Assembly (NCBI GenBank): GCA_038087875.1 | Contig: JAXLNO010005255.1 | Location: 124,001-173,624 of the forward strand | Reading direction: 5' to 3' | DNA length: 49,624 nucleotides | DNA from: Malacoraja senta | Taxonomy: Eukaryota | In this document: piece by piece, positions 23,847 to 35,702 of the stretch | How positions within the stretch are numbered: position 1 is the stretch's first letter | How the letters are laid out: the number at the start of each line of letters is the position of its first letter | The notes under the pieces: model-generated | Databases searched by the model: none | Told to the model about the DNA's origin: nothing | The model's input: only the letters and a program-made list of their open reading frames with translations | Position numbers and translations under genes: made by a program

Positions 23847-26800
23847 CACTCGGGCTAAAGAATGGATGAAATGCTATACTCTGAAATGTACGAATATATC
23901 TCGAATGAAGTTTTTTATTTTAATAAATTTTTCCATTCTTCTTTAACTATCTTTTTCTTTTCTGTTTTTTTTTTTTTTTTTTTTTTTTCTTTCTCTCTCT
24001 TTTCTTCTCTCCCTTTTCTTTCTTTACTTCATCTATCTTTTTAGTTCTATCTAGTTTAAAAAAAACAAAAAAAGGCAAAAGGTATTGGAGACAATGTAAT
24101 AATAATTGACAATATTATCAATTCAAAAATGTAAGACTGGTAATGATGTTAATAGGTTGTGTACTTATCTCCAATAAAAAATATTTTCAAAAAAAAAAAA
24201 AACGAGCTAACTTATCTTTTGACATATGAGCTCTGTGAACCACCTTGAATTGTATCAAAGCGTGTCTGCACACATTGAAGAGGTATTAACTAATTGAAGG
24301 ATCCTCTCCCATTTCTCTATAGATAAAGACATTTGGAGTTCTCTTTCCCAGTCATTATTAATTTTATCAAATGTATCTATTTGTAATTTTAAAATCAACT
24401 CATGAATAGTCGTTATTAATTCTTTCTGATAAGGGTTCAACTGTAAAAAAAAATCAAAAATTTCGGGTTGATGTGGTAGCGGAAAAAGGGGTAGTTCCTT
24501 TTGTCTAATTTGTAAATATCTAAAAAAGTGTGAATTAGGTAAGTTATTGGAGAGTTGTTCGAAAGACATAAAACAACCCTCCAAAAACAAATCACAAAAA
24601 GCTACTAATCCCTTCCTCTTCCATAACAAAAAAACTTGATCAGTACTAGATGGTTGGAAGAGAAATTTGGATAAAATCAGATAGTCCAAAAAACTTATGA
24701 AATTGAAACCGTATTCGGAACGTATGTCTTATTATTGGGTTCGTCATATATTTATTCAATCTCGTAATTGTAAAAGGTAACGAGGTCCCTAGAATAGAAG
24801 CCAATTATAGCCCTTGTAAGGAATCACGTTCTAGGTTTATCCATCCAGGGCATTGGGTATCTTCTAAATCTTTTGTCCAAAATGTTAAATAACGAACATT
24901 GACTGCCCAATAGTAGAGTCTAAGGTTCGGCATTGCCAAACCACCAACTTTTTTTGATTTCTGTAGGTATTTTTTACCTAGTCTGGCATTTTTATTCTGC
25001 CATATATATGAAGAAATTTTAGAGTCTATAATATCAAAGAAAGATTTGGCAATACAAATTGGTATCGTCTGAAATAAATACAGAAATTTAGGTAAAATGA
25101 GCATTTTAATAGCATTGATTCGGCCAATTAAGGATAAGGACATTGGTGACCATTTAGTGAACTGATGTTTAATATGGTCAATTAAAGGAATAAAATTAGC
25201 TTTAAATAAATCCTTGTGTTTCTTGGTGATCTTAATACCTAAATAAGTAAAACTTTCGGTAGTCAATCTAAATGGAAACTGTCCATAACTCGAAACAAAA
25301 TTATATAATGGGAAAGCTCACTCTTACTAAGATTTAGTTTATAACCAGAAAAACTACTGAATTGATTAAGTAATGCTACTATTGCCGGAATAGATTTCTC
25401 AGGGTTAGAAATAAATAATAACAGATCATCTGCATAAAGAGATAGCTTATGTGTCTTATTCCCACGGACAATACCAAAAATATTAGGGGATTCCCTAATA
25501 GCAGTGGCTAAAGTTTCCAAAGCAATATGAAATAGTAAAGGACTTAAGGGACAGCCCTGTCTAGTACCTCGAAAGAGCCTGAAAAAAGGGGATCTCTGAT
25601 TATTAGTAAATACAGAAGCCTGAGGTATAAGATATATCAGTTTGATCCAAGAGATAAATTTTGGACCAATCTTAACTTTTTCAAGTATATTGAATAAGTA
25701 TTCCATTCTACTCTATCAATAGCCTTCTCGGCATCAAGTGAGATGACACATTCTGGGGTTTTATTAGACGCTGTATGTACAATATTTATTAATCTCCTAA
25801 CATTAAAGAATGAGTAACGATTTTTAATAAAACCTGTCTGATCTTCAGAGATAATTTGCGGTAAAATCTTTTCCAATCTAATAGCTAATATTTTGGAAAG
25901 AATTTTAAAATCTACATTTAACATTGATATAGGTCTATATGATGTCACTTCAGTAGGGTCTTTATCTTTTTTTTAAATTAAAGAAATAGAAGCTTCATAA
26001 AAAGATTGTGGTAATCTATTCCTTTAAAAAAGCTTCTTTAAATACCTTGCATAGCCATGGAGACAATAAATTTGAGAAATACTTTAAAAATTCTACTGTA
26101 AACCCATCTAAACCGGGTGTTTTACCAGAATTCATTGAAAAAATTGCTTTCTGTATTTCTTCTTCCGTGATGGGTTCATCTAACAACAGAGACTCATTGT
26201 ATGGTAAATTTGGTAAGTTCAGTTTCTTTAAAAACTCATGCATTATATTGGAATCAGTAGGAAAATCTGATTGGTATAGGGAGGTATAAAATTCCTGAAA
26301 GGATTTATTAATTTCGTCATGGTCTACAGTTACTGTACCATCCCGTTTACTCACTTTAGTAATCTGACTCTTGGCCGACACTGCTTTCAATTGATTAGTA
26401 AGTAATTTACCAGATTTTTGCCATTTATATAAAATTTACTTTTGGTTTTAAGTAACTGGTTCTCAATCGGTGATACTAATAACAAATCATATCTCAATTG
26501 AAGTTCAACTATTCTTATAGAGCTCTAAACTAGGAGCTTTTGAATATTTTTTATCAATTTCTTTAATCTCGTCAGCCAATGTGCGTATTTCTTTTTGTGT
26601 TTGTTTTTTTAATCCCGCGGAGTATGAAATAATTTGTCCATGAATATATGCCTTAAAAGCATCCCAAACTATATCATTCGATATCTCTTCATTAGAGTTT
26701 GTCAAGAAGTAAAAAGCAATCTGATCTTTCATAAACTTAATAAAGTTTAAGTCTTGAAGCAAAGTAGCATTAAATCGCCATTGTTTAGCACTAAACTTGG

Positions 26801-29329
26801 AATCAGGTAGTTTGATCAATAGTTTCACTGGTGCATGATCAGAAATAGCAATTGTATCATACTCACATGCAATGACGAATGGAATTAGCCGAGAATCTAG
26901 TATAAAATAGTCGATCCTAGAATAATTATGATATACATGAGAGAAAAATGAAAATTCTTTGTCATTTGCGTGTAAGAATCTCCAAATTTCTAACATTCCC
27001 GAGTCAAGTAAAAAAGAATTAATAAAATTAGCTGATTTATTTGGAAGCACATGATCAGATGTAGACGTATCAATCGAGGGATTCAAACAGCAATTGAAGT
27101 CTCCACCCATTATTAAAAAGTGTTCATTTAAGTTAGGAAAGGATGTAATTAACTGTTTAAAAAACTCAGGGTGATCAATATTTGGTGCATAGACATTCAC
27201 CATAGTGACTTTTTGCCTATAAAGGACACCGGTAATCACCAAGAATCTGCTATATGGATCAGAAATTGTTTCATGGTGAACAAACGGAAATGAGGGGTCG
27301 ATAAAAATAGAGACTCCTTTCCCCTTAGCCTGTGAATTTGAATGAAACTGCTGTCCTCTCCAAAACTTGAAAAATCGTGACTTGTCATCTTGCCTTACAT
27401 GAGTTTCCTGAACAAAGATAATCTGAGCATTTAGTCTGTGAAGAACTTTTTAAAAAAATCCTCTTAATGGGATGGTTCAAGCCATTCACATTCCATGAAA
27501 GGAACTTTATCCATATTGCTTGTAAAAATCATGTGGGATGTAATGGGTTAATTTCTTGAAGCCTAAAAGTTCATAATACTGGAAGAAGAAAAATCTAGGG
27601 CGGAGCCAGGTGACGACATTTCAGCCAATTTTGTAGTTCAGAATTTGCACAAATGGAGATCACTAAATAGGGAACAAAAGACCCCTCCCCCCTCCCCCCT
27701 CCCCCCTCCCACCCCTGTAGAACCCCAAACTGACCAAAAGACAGTCAGCAAACTACCTAATCCCCTCCCCGATCCCATCTCTCCCAGTAACAGCGCTCAG
27801 CATAAAATGAATAATATTTAACCACTACGTCATAACACATTCGTTATTATCTCTTTGAGAGAGAAGAAAAAAAATACAGACTGGCATGGAATGCTGCTTA
27901 TTATTATCCAAGGTCAAAATATGAAAAACAAGAACTGCGTTCTCTTAGTTTGTCTAACGACAGGGGAACACGAATTAACAAAGAAATTCTTAAAAGAATA
28001 TATATAAAAGAAAAACAACTCGTCCAGTTAAATTCTTAATCATTACCAAACGAAATGTTGTCAAAAGAGGAACAGTAAATCTCCAATTATAACTTAATCA
28101 GCTATCAATTACTCCCCTTCCTCGTCGTAGCTCTTCAGACGCAGCTGGAGGCGTCTTGAGGACTGTTAAAAAATCGAAAGTTACCATTGAAAAGCCGAAT
28201 ACGCAATCTAGCTGGTGATAATAGAGCTGGGCGCAGTTTTTTCTTATACAAATCAGACATTACATTATAAAAAGTCTTTCTTATTTCCAAAAGCTCGTAA
28301 CTATAATCAGGGACAAACCGAAACTTACATCCTTCGTATTCAACCACACCAAACTTTTTTGCTGCCTGGAGAATATTCTCCTTCATTTGAAAAAAATGAA
28401 ACCGAATGATCAAGTGTCTCGGTTTATTACCGGATTTCTTCCCAATCCTGTGTGCCTTATCCAGGAACAGAAGGTTTTCATTGTGCTCAATGTTGAATGT
28501 TTCCTTTATCATTTTAGAAGCATATTTTATAACGTTATCTCCTCCTTGGCCTTCCGGCAAACCAACAATTCATCAATTCAAACGACGGCTTCTGTATTCT
28601 AAGTCCATATTTTTAGACTTGTATTGCTGAAGTTCTCAAGTGTTTTCATTCATTCTCCGTTCCAATTTTTCAAATTTCAAATCTCTCTCCTGTCCCAGGG
28701 TGCGCAAGATATCAATTTGATCCTTTTGTTCACGAAGTTCATCTTGTAACAAAAACAGTTTTCCTTGGACTTCCTTCAATTTGGTCAACTCCTTTCACCA
28801 TTTCTTCCAAACTGCCAAATCTTGTTTTCGTTTCATTTTTCAGCTCATTTTTCAATTCATCGTTCATTTTCGATATTGCTTCTATGATGCTGGAATCAGA
28901 AGCTACAGCTGTGGTTGTGGCTTTCCCCAGTTCCTTCTTTGGGGATCCTCCTTTCCTTCTTGTCTCCATCCTTTTCACGATTAAGGCGTGTAAATGTGTT
29001 ATCAACACTTTATGAACAGTTAGAAGATGTCTTGAAGTCAAATAGTCACCAGTAACATTGAAAGAGTGGTCAGTGGAAGTTAAAAGTTAAGGGAGCAAAC
29101 GAGTTTGCAACCTTACAGCATGCTGCCTTACACAAGGAGAGTCTAGTTATTGACATGTTATTGATGTTCATGATTATTCTGTTCTTTGTGCCTGGCCATT
29201 TTGACTTTGTCACATTTTACTTGGTTTATGATATTGTACAAGATTTGCAATCACACCTCCCAATTGACTAAAATTATCCCAATTAACTAAATGCCTACTA
29301 TGGCATTTAAATTATTGCATTATATTCAG

Positions 29330-29490
29330 TGCAGGGTAGAAGCTGCAGTTTTTAAAAGGGCAAGTTTTTATTACATACTATGTGGTGTGTGCCTGGAAAG
29401 CACTGCCAGGGATGGTGGCGTCTGGGGTGCACCTTCGTGGGTGCATGGAGATGCAGGGGTTTGAGGGACATGAATCATTTGCAGGCAGAT
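29330..29490 (+). mobile_element. Degenerate CR1 3' fragment
   Basis: gggcaagttttt...gtgcctggaaagcactgccaggg motif shared with 945-1150. Confidence 0.55.
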
Positions 29491-29668
29491 GCTGCCTAAC
29501 TGGTGTCTGTCCGACTGATCTGGAGGGATCTGATGGTCAGGCAGGGAATATTTCCAGTGACCCAATGGTGCTGAGTTCGCTGAATTTTACGGTGAATGGG
29601 AATGCCCCTGTAATAGAGGAACAGGTCCTTTGTCCAACAACGTTTGTGCTGAACATGACGCAACCTGA

Positions 29669-29910
29669 GGCAGAGTGGCGCTGCTGATAGAGCTGCTGCC
29701 TCAGTGCGTCATAGACATCAGTTCAATCCTAACCTCGCTTGTCGGCTGTGTGAAGTTTGCATGTATTCCCTATGACCGCATGGGTTTCCACTGTCCTCCA
29801 GTTTTCACACACATACTAAAGATGCCAGGTTTATGGGTTAATTGGTCTCTGTAATTTGACCCTAGTGTGGAAGCGAAAGTTAGATAACATAGAACTTGTG
29901 TGAACGAAAC
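29669..29910 (+). mobile_element. V-SINE (HE1-like)
   Basis: GGCAGAGTGGCG head, AGTTCAATCC B box, V-domain core. Confidence 0.75.
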
Positions 29911-29934
29911 TATTTGAAGGAGTATTGAGTTTTT

Positions 29935-30175
29935 TGTTTAGTTTAGAGAGAGAGCATTGAAACAGACACTTCGGCCCCACTGAGGCCGCACCAACCAACG
30001 ATCACCCACATAACCTAGGAACACGTCAATTAACCTACAAACCTGCACATCTGTCTTTGGAATGTGGGAGGAAACTGGAGCACCTGGAGAAACCTATGCA
30101 GTCACAGGGAGAAGGTACAAATTCCGTACAGACATCACCCGTGGTCAGGATCAAACCCAGGTGTCTGGCACTGTG
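29935..30175 (-). mobile_element. V-SINE (HE1-like), internally deleted
   Basis: Tail gtttagtttagag and body match the other copies. Confidence 0.7.
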
Positions 30176-30489
30176 CCTTTATATCTGGAAGGAAGATGTT
30201 ATGTGGGATGAATCAACAGTTAAAGCGAATAAACTAGTTGCATCTTTCTGAGTTCTGTTCTCTGCTATGCCATTTCTTTGTTGTCTAATATTTAATTTCC
30301 CTCCTCAGATTATCAAAATATTCAACCAAAGCAGAACGTGCACTGCTAACCAATCGCTGAGTAGAAGATTTCATGGATGTGATTAAAATGCAGGAACTGA
30401 AATAAATGGAAAGAGTTAAATTAAGTTTATCAAACATGACAGAAATTCTCAATAGTCTGCCCTGCATTTGTACAAATTAGAGCTATCTA

Positions 30490-32060
30490 GCAATTTATGT
30501 TGATAACAGCTGATATGACTGAGGCCTCAACTCCTTTACTGTGCTTATTCCACATAAGACACAATTCCCTGGTCATTTAGAATATATCCACGCATTATCC
30601 ACCAATTCACCACCACATCATGCCTCTTTAATACATTCATAAGGTTAACTCTGTTTCTTGTCATCTCCAAGGGACACAGAACCAGTGATTTCAGCCATTC
30701 ATGGTTAGGTAACACTTGCTTATTCCAGAAATCTCTTCTAGCTGATATCAAATATTAATATATCCTTTCTTAAATTTGAGGACCAAGCTGTGCACAGTGC
30801 TCCTGATATGTCCTTAGCAACATCATGTACCATAATTACAATAGTAACCTACCTTTGAATGCTAATCACCTTCTGAGTTGTGTGCTGCATCTACCTGCTG
30901 GCTTTTTGTTTTGCACTTTAAGCACTTGAATCTCTTGTACTCCACTCATTTGCAATTTCACTCCATTTAGATAATAGCTTCCTTTGAATTGCTCTTACCA
31001 GAGTGTGTGAGCACATATTTTCCATTATTAAACTCCATTTGCCATGTTTATGTTCATCTAACAAAGAGTCATGGAGCCATATAGCATGGAAGTAGGTACT
31101 TCAGCCTAATGCTCCAAGCTGAACAAGATGCTACATTTAGGTTAGTCACATTTGCCAGCGTTTGGCCCACATTCCTCTCAACATGTTCTATCCATGTACC
31201 TGTCCAAGTGTCTTTTCAATGTTGTTATTCTGCCTTCGCTGGCAGCTCATTCCATACACCCAGTAACCTCTTAGTAGAAAAGGTTGCCTCTCAGGTTCCT
31301 ACTAAATCTTCCTCCTCACCTTAAACCCAGGGGTGCAGTGCTGCCGGAGCTCACCTGAGCACCGATCCGGCACCTCTGTTAAAGAAAAAATAAACAGGGT
31401 GGAATTTTAACTAGCGGATGTGTGGTCGGGGTAACCTGATTAAAAGAGGGGTAAGGGGAAGATCCATCACTACTGAGGTTCCCTGTAGGAGGAGGGGAAC
31501 ACTATGATGCAGCAGAGACAGACCATGTGATGTGTGCATCGTTTGTGGTTGTGGGCCTGGAGCTGAGCCTGGAACTCTGGTGGGTGGATGAGTGGGTGGG
31601 TGTGTAGGTGAATGGGTGTGAGGGTGAGAGTGTGTGTGTGTGTGTGTGAAGGCCCAGAGCTGTGGGATAGTCAGGGCGAGTCGGTGTCTTGCCGGCACCT
31701 CTGTAAAAATACATGATAACAGTCTTTTTCTTTACTTGCTTCATAATTATATTTCATGATAATCAGTGAGTGCAACCGTGCAATATTTTGTCATAATTAA
31801 ATTAAGTATTATATGTTTTAAAGTACTAGCTATACACTGGGATGTAGTAATAGGCTATAATCTTGTTTGACCCTCTAGGGAAACTAGCTTGCCCCCCCCC
31901 CCCAGCAAAATCTGAAATGCCCCTGTTTGACAGCTCCGACACCTAAAAAATTAGCATTGAACACTGCTTAAACCTGTTTTTGCTGGTTCTTGATTACCCT
32001 ACCCTGGGTAAAATAAATCCTGATCAATCACCCTCATGATTTTAGAAAGCTCTCTAAGCA
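30490..32060 (-). mobile_element. Degenerate CR1-type LINE fragments interrupted by a MITE
   Basis: CR1 3' sequence runs to ctcaccttaaacc (31327) and resumes at cttaaacctg...ccctaccctggg (31967 onward). Confidence 0.55.
31328..31966. mobile_element. hAT-like non-autonomous DNA transposon (MITE) with 8-bp TSD CTTAAACC
   Basis: CTTAAACC at 31320-31327 and 31967-31974. Imperfect TIRs CAGGGGTGCAGTGCT / CAGTGTTCAATGCT. Repeated subterminal CCGGCACCT/CCGGAGC motifs. Confidence 0.65.
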
Positions 32061-32798
32061 CCAATTAAATGGTTTCAATTATAGATAGAGTAAGACTTTG
32101 TGGTTATTTCCAACAAGAATTTTAGACTAAAGAAAGGCCAGTGGAAGTACTTGGTCAAACAGCATCTGTGGAGGCAAATGACATATACCAACATTTCAAG
32201 GCAAGGCACTGCATTAGAATTGAAGGAGAGGATGGGAAGATTCTAACAGTTTGAAGGAGGAATGGGGCAGAGGCTGGTATGTGGCAGGTGGAATAGTAAG
32301 ATTAAACGAGAACTTACCAAGTTTGAAGTTTGATCTTTATTTTATGAGGAGTAACGTTGAGGGATTACGTGAAGAAGCCCCGTCCAGCCGCACACGCGTC
32401 AATCTTTCAAAGCAGCGGAGTGACAATCACAGACGATAATTACTGAAGTATGATAGTAAGATGCATAAAGACTTAGAACTACCAGCTTGATCCTTTTATG
32501 AGGGTGGGAGCGGAGGGCACGTAATCCCTCAACGTTACTCCTCATAAAATAAAGATCAAACTTCAAACTTGGTAAGTTCTTGTTTAATCTTACTATTTTA
32601 CTTCGGAGTCACGTGAGTGACTACGTGAAGATTTCAAAGCTCTGTGATTTCACACCGTGGATTCAAATCCAGGGGTTCACTGCATCGATTGACTCTATTT
32701 GAGTAAGCACAATCAACAATGCATAACCACAACATTTGAATGTAATCAGTTAATGGTTTTATTTATTTTAATAAAAGTAACAAAATTAGGCCCATTTA

Positions 32799-33789
32799 TT
32801 ATAATGGGGGATTTAATACTGTATCCCGCACGGCATCACCAAACCCTCTGAGATCTTTAATCTCCTTGTGGTAATACTTGTGAAACATCTGTTCACTTGC
32901 CCATCCTGCGGCCGCGAGAATAAGGTCTATTGTCTGAATCCCTGGCCGCTGATGTTGATGCCGCCCTCGTGGAATGAGATTTAAATTTATCAGTATCAAT
33001 ACCTGAATATCTCAACACCTGTTTCAACCATCGTGAAATTGTTTGTGTTGACACTTTCTTATGAGGCTTTTTATGACTAATAAAAAATGCCAATTCGGTG
33101 CCTCTTAAAACTTTTGTTGTTTCTATGTAACATTTCACATATGTTACTACACACAGTCGTGAATCTGTAGGATATGCTAAAAATTCCAACTTGCATCCTG
33201 TGAACCCAGGTCTACTTTGCTTCAGTAAATCATAGACATAGAATGTCACGGCATTTTGCCCTACTTTCATTCTATCAATTCTGAGTTTCTGTAATGTTTG
33301 AACTCTCTGTGCTGAAACTAATGCCATGAGCATAACCAATTTCATGGTAATTTTGGATAATGACAGAGTTTCAACTGGATTCCAATTCCTTAGGAACATC
33401 AGTACATCTTTTACATTCCAAATTTCTGTATACCTGGGTCTGGGAGGATTAGAGTTGAAAATTCCTTTCATAAACCTACAGACCCAAGGATGTGCTCCAA
33501 TTGGAGTTTGTTCTGATTCACTGCTTAAATATGCAGAGAGTGCACTTCGTGCAGTATTAATTGCACTATAACTTAATTTCAATTCATAGTGTAGAGTTGA
33601 AAGAAACTCTATTACATCTGAAATTTCTGCTGTGTTATATGCAATATTCTTTACTGAACAAAACACCTCCCATTTCTTTATATATGAAATGTACTGCTTC
33701 TGGGTACTATTCCTCCAGGCTGCTGTCATAACATCCACCGTACGGTCTGATAATCCTTTTCCAAGATATGGCCTTCTTAGAATCTGCAA
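32799..33789 (-). pseudogene. Tyrosine recombinase of DIRS copy 2 (298 open codons, one frameshift near 32935)
   Basis: SAQRVQTL (R), LLKQ (K), HSTR (HxxR), then AAAGW and FHKYY (catalytic Y) in the shifted frame 32799..32999. Confidence 0.92.
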
Positions 33790-35702
33790 ATCAACAAACC
33801 AATACGATTATGTAAAGGATGTGATTCATTAGTCACAGGGTGTACAAGCAGTTTAATCTGCTTTGGAATAACCATAAGGGTTTTGGTTTTTTTCCCCCCA
33901 TTTTTAACACCAGTGGGTACCACACCTGTGTCGGCCAATCTGGTACTACCAAAATCCCTGAGGCTGAATCTTGTTTAATTTTCTGTATGCATTTGTGGAT
34001 TAAACAAAATGGTGGAAACGCATACAGAAACATACCACCCCAATGTAGCGAGAAAGCATCCACCACTACTGCACCAGGATCAGGTTCCCATGACACATAC
34101 TTAGGCAACTGGTGGTTCAATCTTGATGCAAACAGATCAATTTCTGGCATTCCAAATTGTGTGATAATTTGTGTGAATATTTTCCGATTTAACATCCATT
34201 CTGTATTATCATTAAATTTATGTGATCTTTTGTCTGCAATTGTATTAATTTTTACCTGGTAAATATTGCTGACAGCCACATTTTTCTGGCAATACCCCAG
34301 GTCCAAATTTCATTTGCCAATTTATCACATGATTCTGATTTTATACCACCCATGTGATTTATGTATGCTACAGCTGTAGTATTGTCAACCTGTACCTGAA
34401 CATGCACATTTCCCATATCAGTGCAATAAGCTCTAAGGCCGTAAAATGCGCCTAATAGCTCTAGGTAATTGATTCCCAGTTTTTCCAGCAAAGGTACTTC
34501 ATTCACATTCCACCTACCTCCACAGCTGGAAAATCATGTTAGTAGCGCCCCAACTCAGCGCACTTACATCAGTCTGTCGAGTGACGGAAGGTGTTTCTAC
34601 CAGAACTTTTCTGGAAGCATTAGAAACATTGTTAATCCACCATTCTATTTCTGTAATGGATTGAATTGTTAATTTCATGGGCCTATCAAAATGCCCTCTA
34701 TTCATTTTTAACGCTTGTACCTTAGCTCTCTGTAAACATTGATAATGCAATGGTCCAAACGTGACCGCTGGAAACCCTGCAATGAATTTGCCTAGCAAGC
34801 TTGCCACTTCTCTAATTGAAGATGTGTCCTCGTTAATGAGTTTTATGCAACCTTCAATTAACTGCAGCTTTTTATCTTTTGGCAAAGTGATTACCATGTG
34901 TTCGGAGTTAATTGTGAACCCTAGGTAATCAATCTTTTTGCTTGGTAACAATTTAGATTTTTGTAGGTGAATAATGAAACCTAATTTCTCAAAATGTATT
35001 TGACTGGATACTGACAATTTTGCAGCAGCCAAAGTGTCCCCTACAATGAGGATATCATCTAAATAAGCCATTAATACATGGCCCTCAGCTCTTAACAGAG
35101 CTAAAATTGGTTTGAGCAATTTAGTGAATAATCTTGGTGCTGAAATCAGACCATTGGGCAATGCTTTAAATTGCCATAACTGACTCATCCATCTAAATTT
35201 CAAATATCTTTGATCATTACCATGCATTGCCACAGAATAATATGCATTTTGCAGATCTATGCTTGCCTTGTAGCAATTCTTTGTGACTAGCTAAATGGCA
35301 TTAGTAAATGTTTCCATTTTGAAATGTTTCTATTGTACATAAAGGTTAAGATTTGTCAGATCGGAAATGATTCTACGTCCACCATCCCTTTTCTAGGAGA
35401 ATATTCCTAGGAGAATATTTGACACAAACTGATGGTGTTGTTCTACTGACATTTATATCATCCTTTTCTGCATAACATTTTTCAATTCTCCTTTGATCTA
35501 CCCATTCTCTTCCTTTGAAAAAAATCTGTGACCAGTTTGAATTATGCTGAATTGGAGGATCCAAAAGTGGAGAGAACTCAATTTTGAATCCAACAATGCT
35601 ACATAGAATAAATGAATCATTTGTTATTGATTGCCATTCTTTTAGGAAGAATCGTAATCTTCCCCCTATTTGTGAGTGTGAAACATTTGTTGTGTTTCTT
35701 AC
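33777..35702 (-). pseudogene. DIRS pol: reverse transcriptase, RNase H and DNA N6-adenine methyltransferase-like domain (frameshifted)
   Basis: GGRLRFFLKEW, FKALPNGLISAPRLFTK, YLDD, TDVS, INYLELLG, VDNTTAVAYINHMGG, DLFASRLN, PDPGA, DAFSLHW, YAFPPF, VPDWPTQVWY, C-terminal HPL...LLICRF*. Confidence 0.92.

Larger units (their letters stand above)
17695..24213 (+). mobile_element. Full-length L1/Tx1-type LINE with 16-bp TSD AAAAACGAGCTAACTT
   Basis: TSD at 17679-17694 and 24198-24213. CpG-rich 5' UTR starting GACTTCCGGT, ORF1, about 1.1 kb spacer, ORF2, AATAAA at about 24173 and polyA. Confidence 0.95.
11770..29140 (-). mobile_element. Near full-length L1/Tx1-type LINE (host of two nested insertions); own segments about 11770-11910, 16931-17694, 24214-29140
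   Basis: ORF1 remnants at 28135-29041 (KAHRIG, FRFVPDY). ORF2 from about 27530 (SWNVNGLNHPIKR endonuclease) through RT (SLDAEKA, GTRQGCPLSPLLF, YADD) to the zinc knuckle split at 17694/24214. A-rich 3' UTR with a polyA-like end near 11780. Many frameshifts. Confidence 0.85.

Noticed and set aside
11760-29160. TSD for the host minus-strand L1
   Set aside because: No matching duplication found at its approximate ends, so its boundaries remain approximate.
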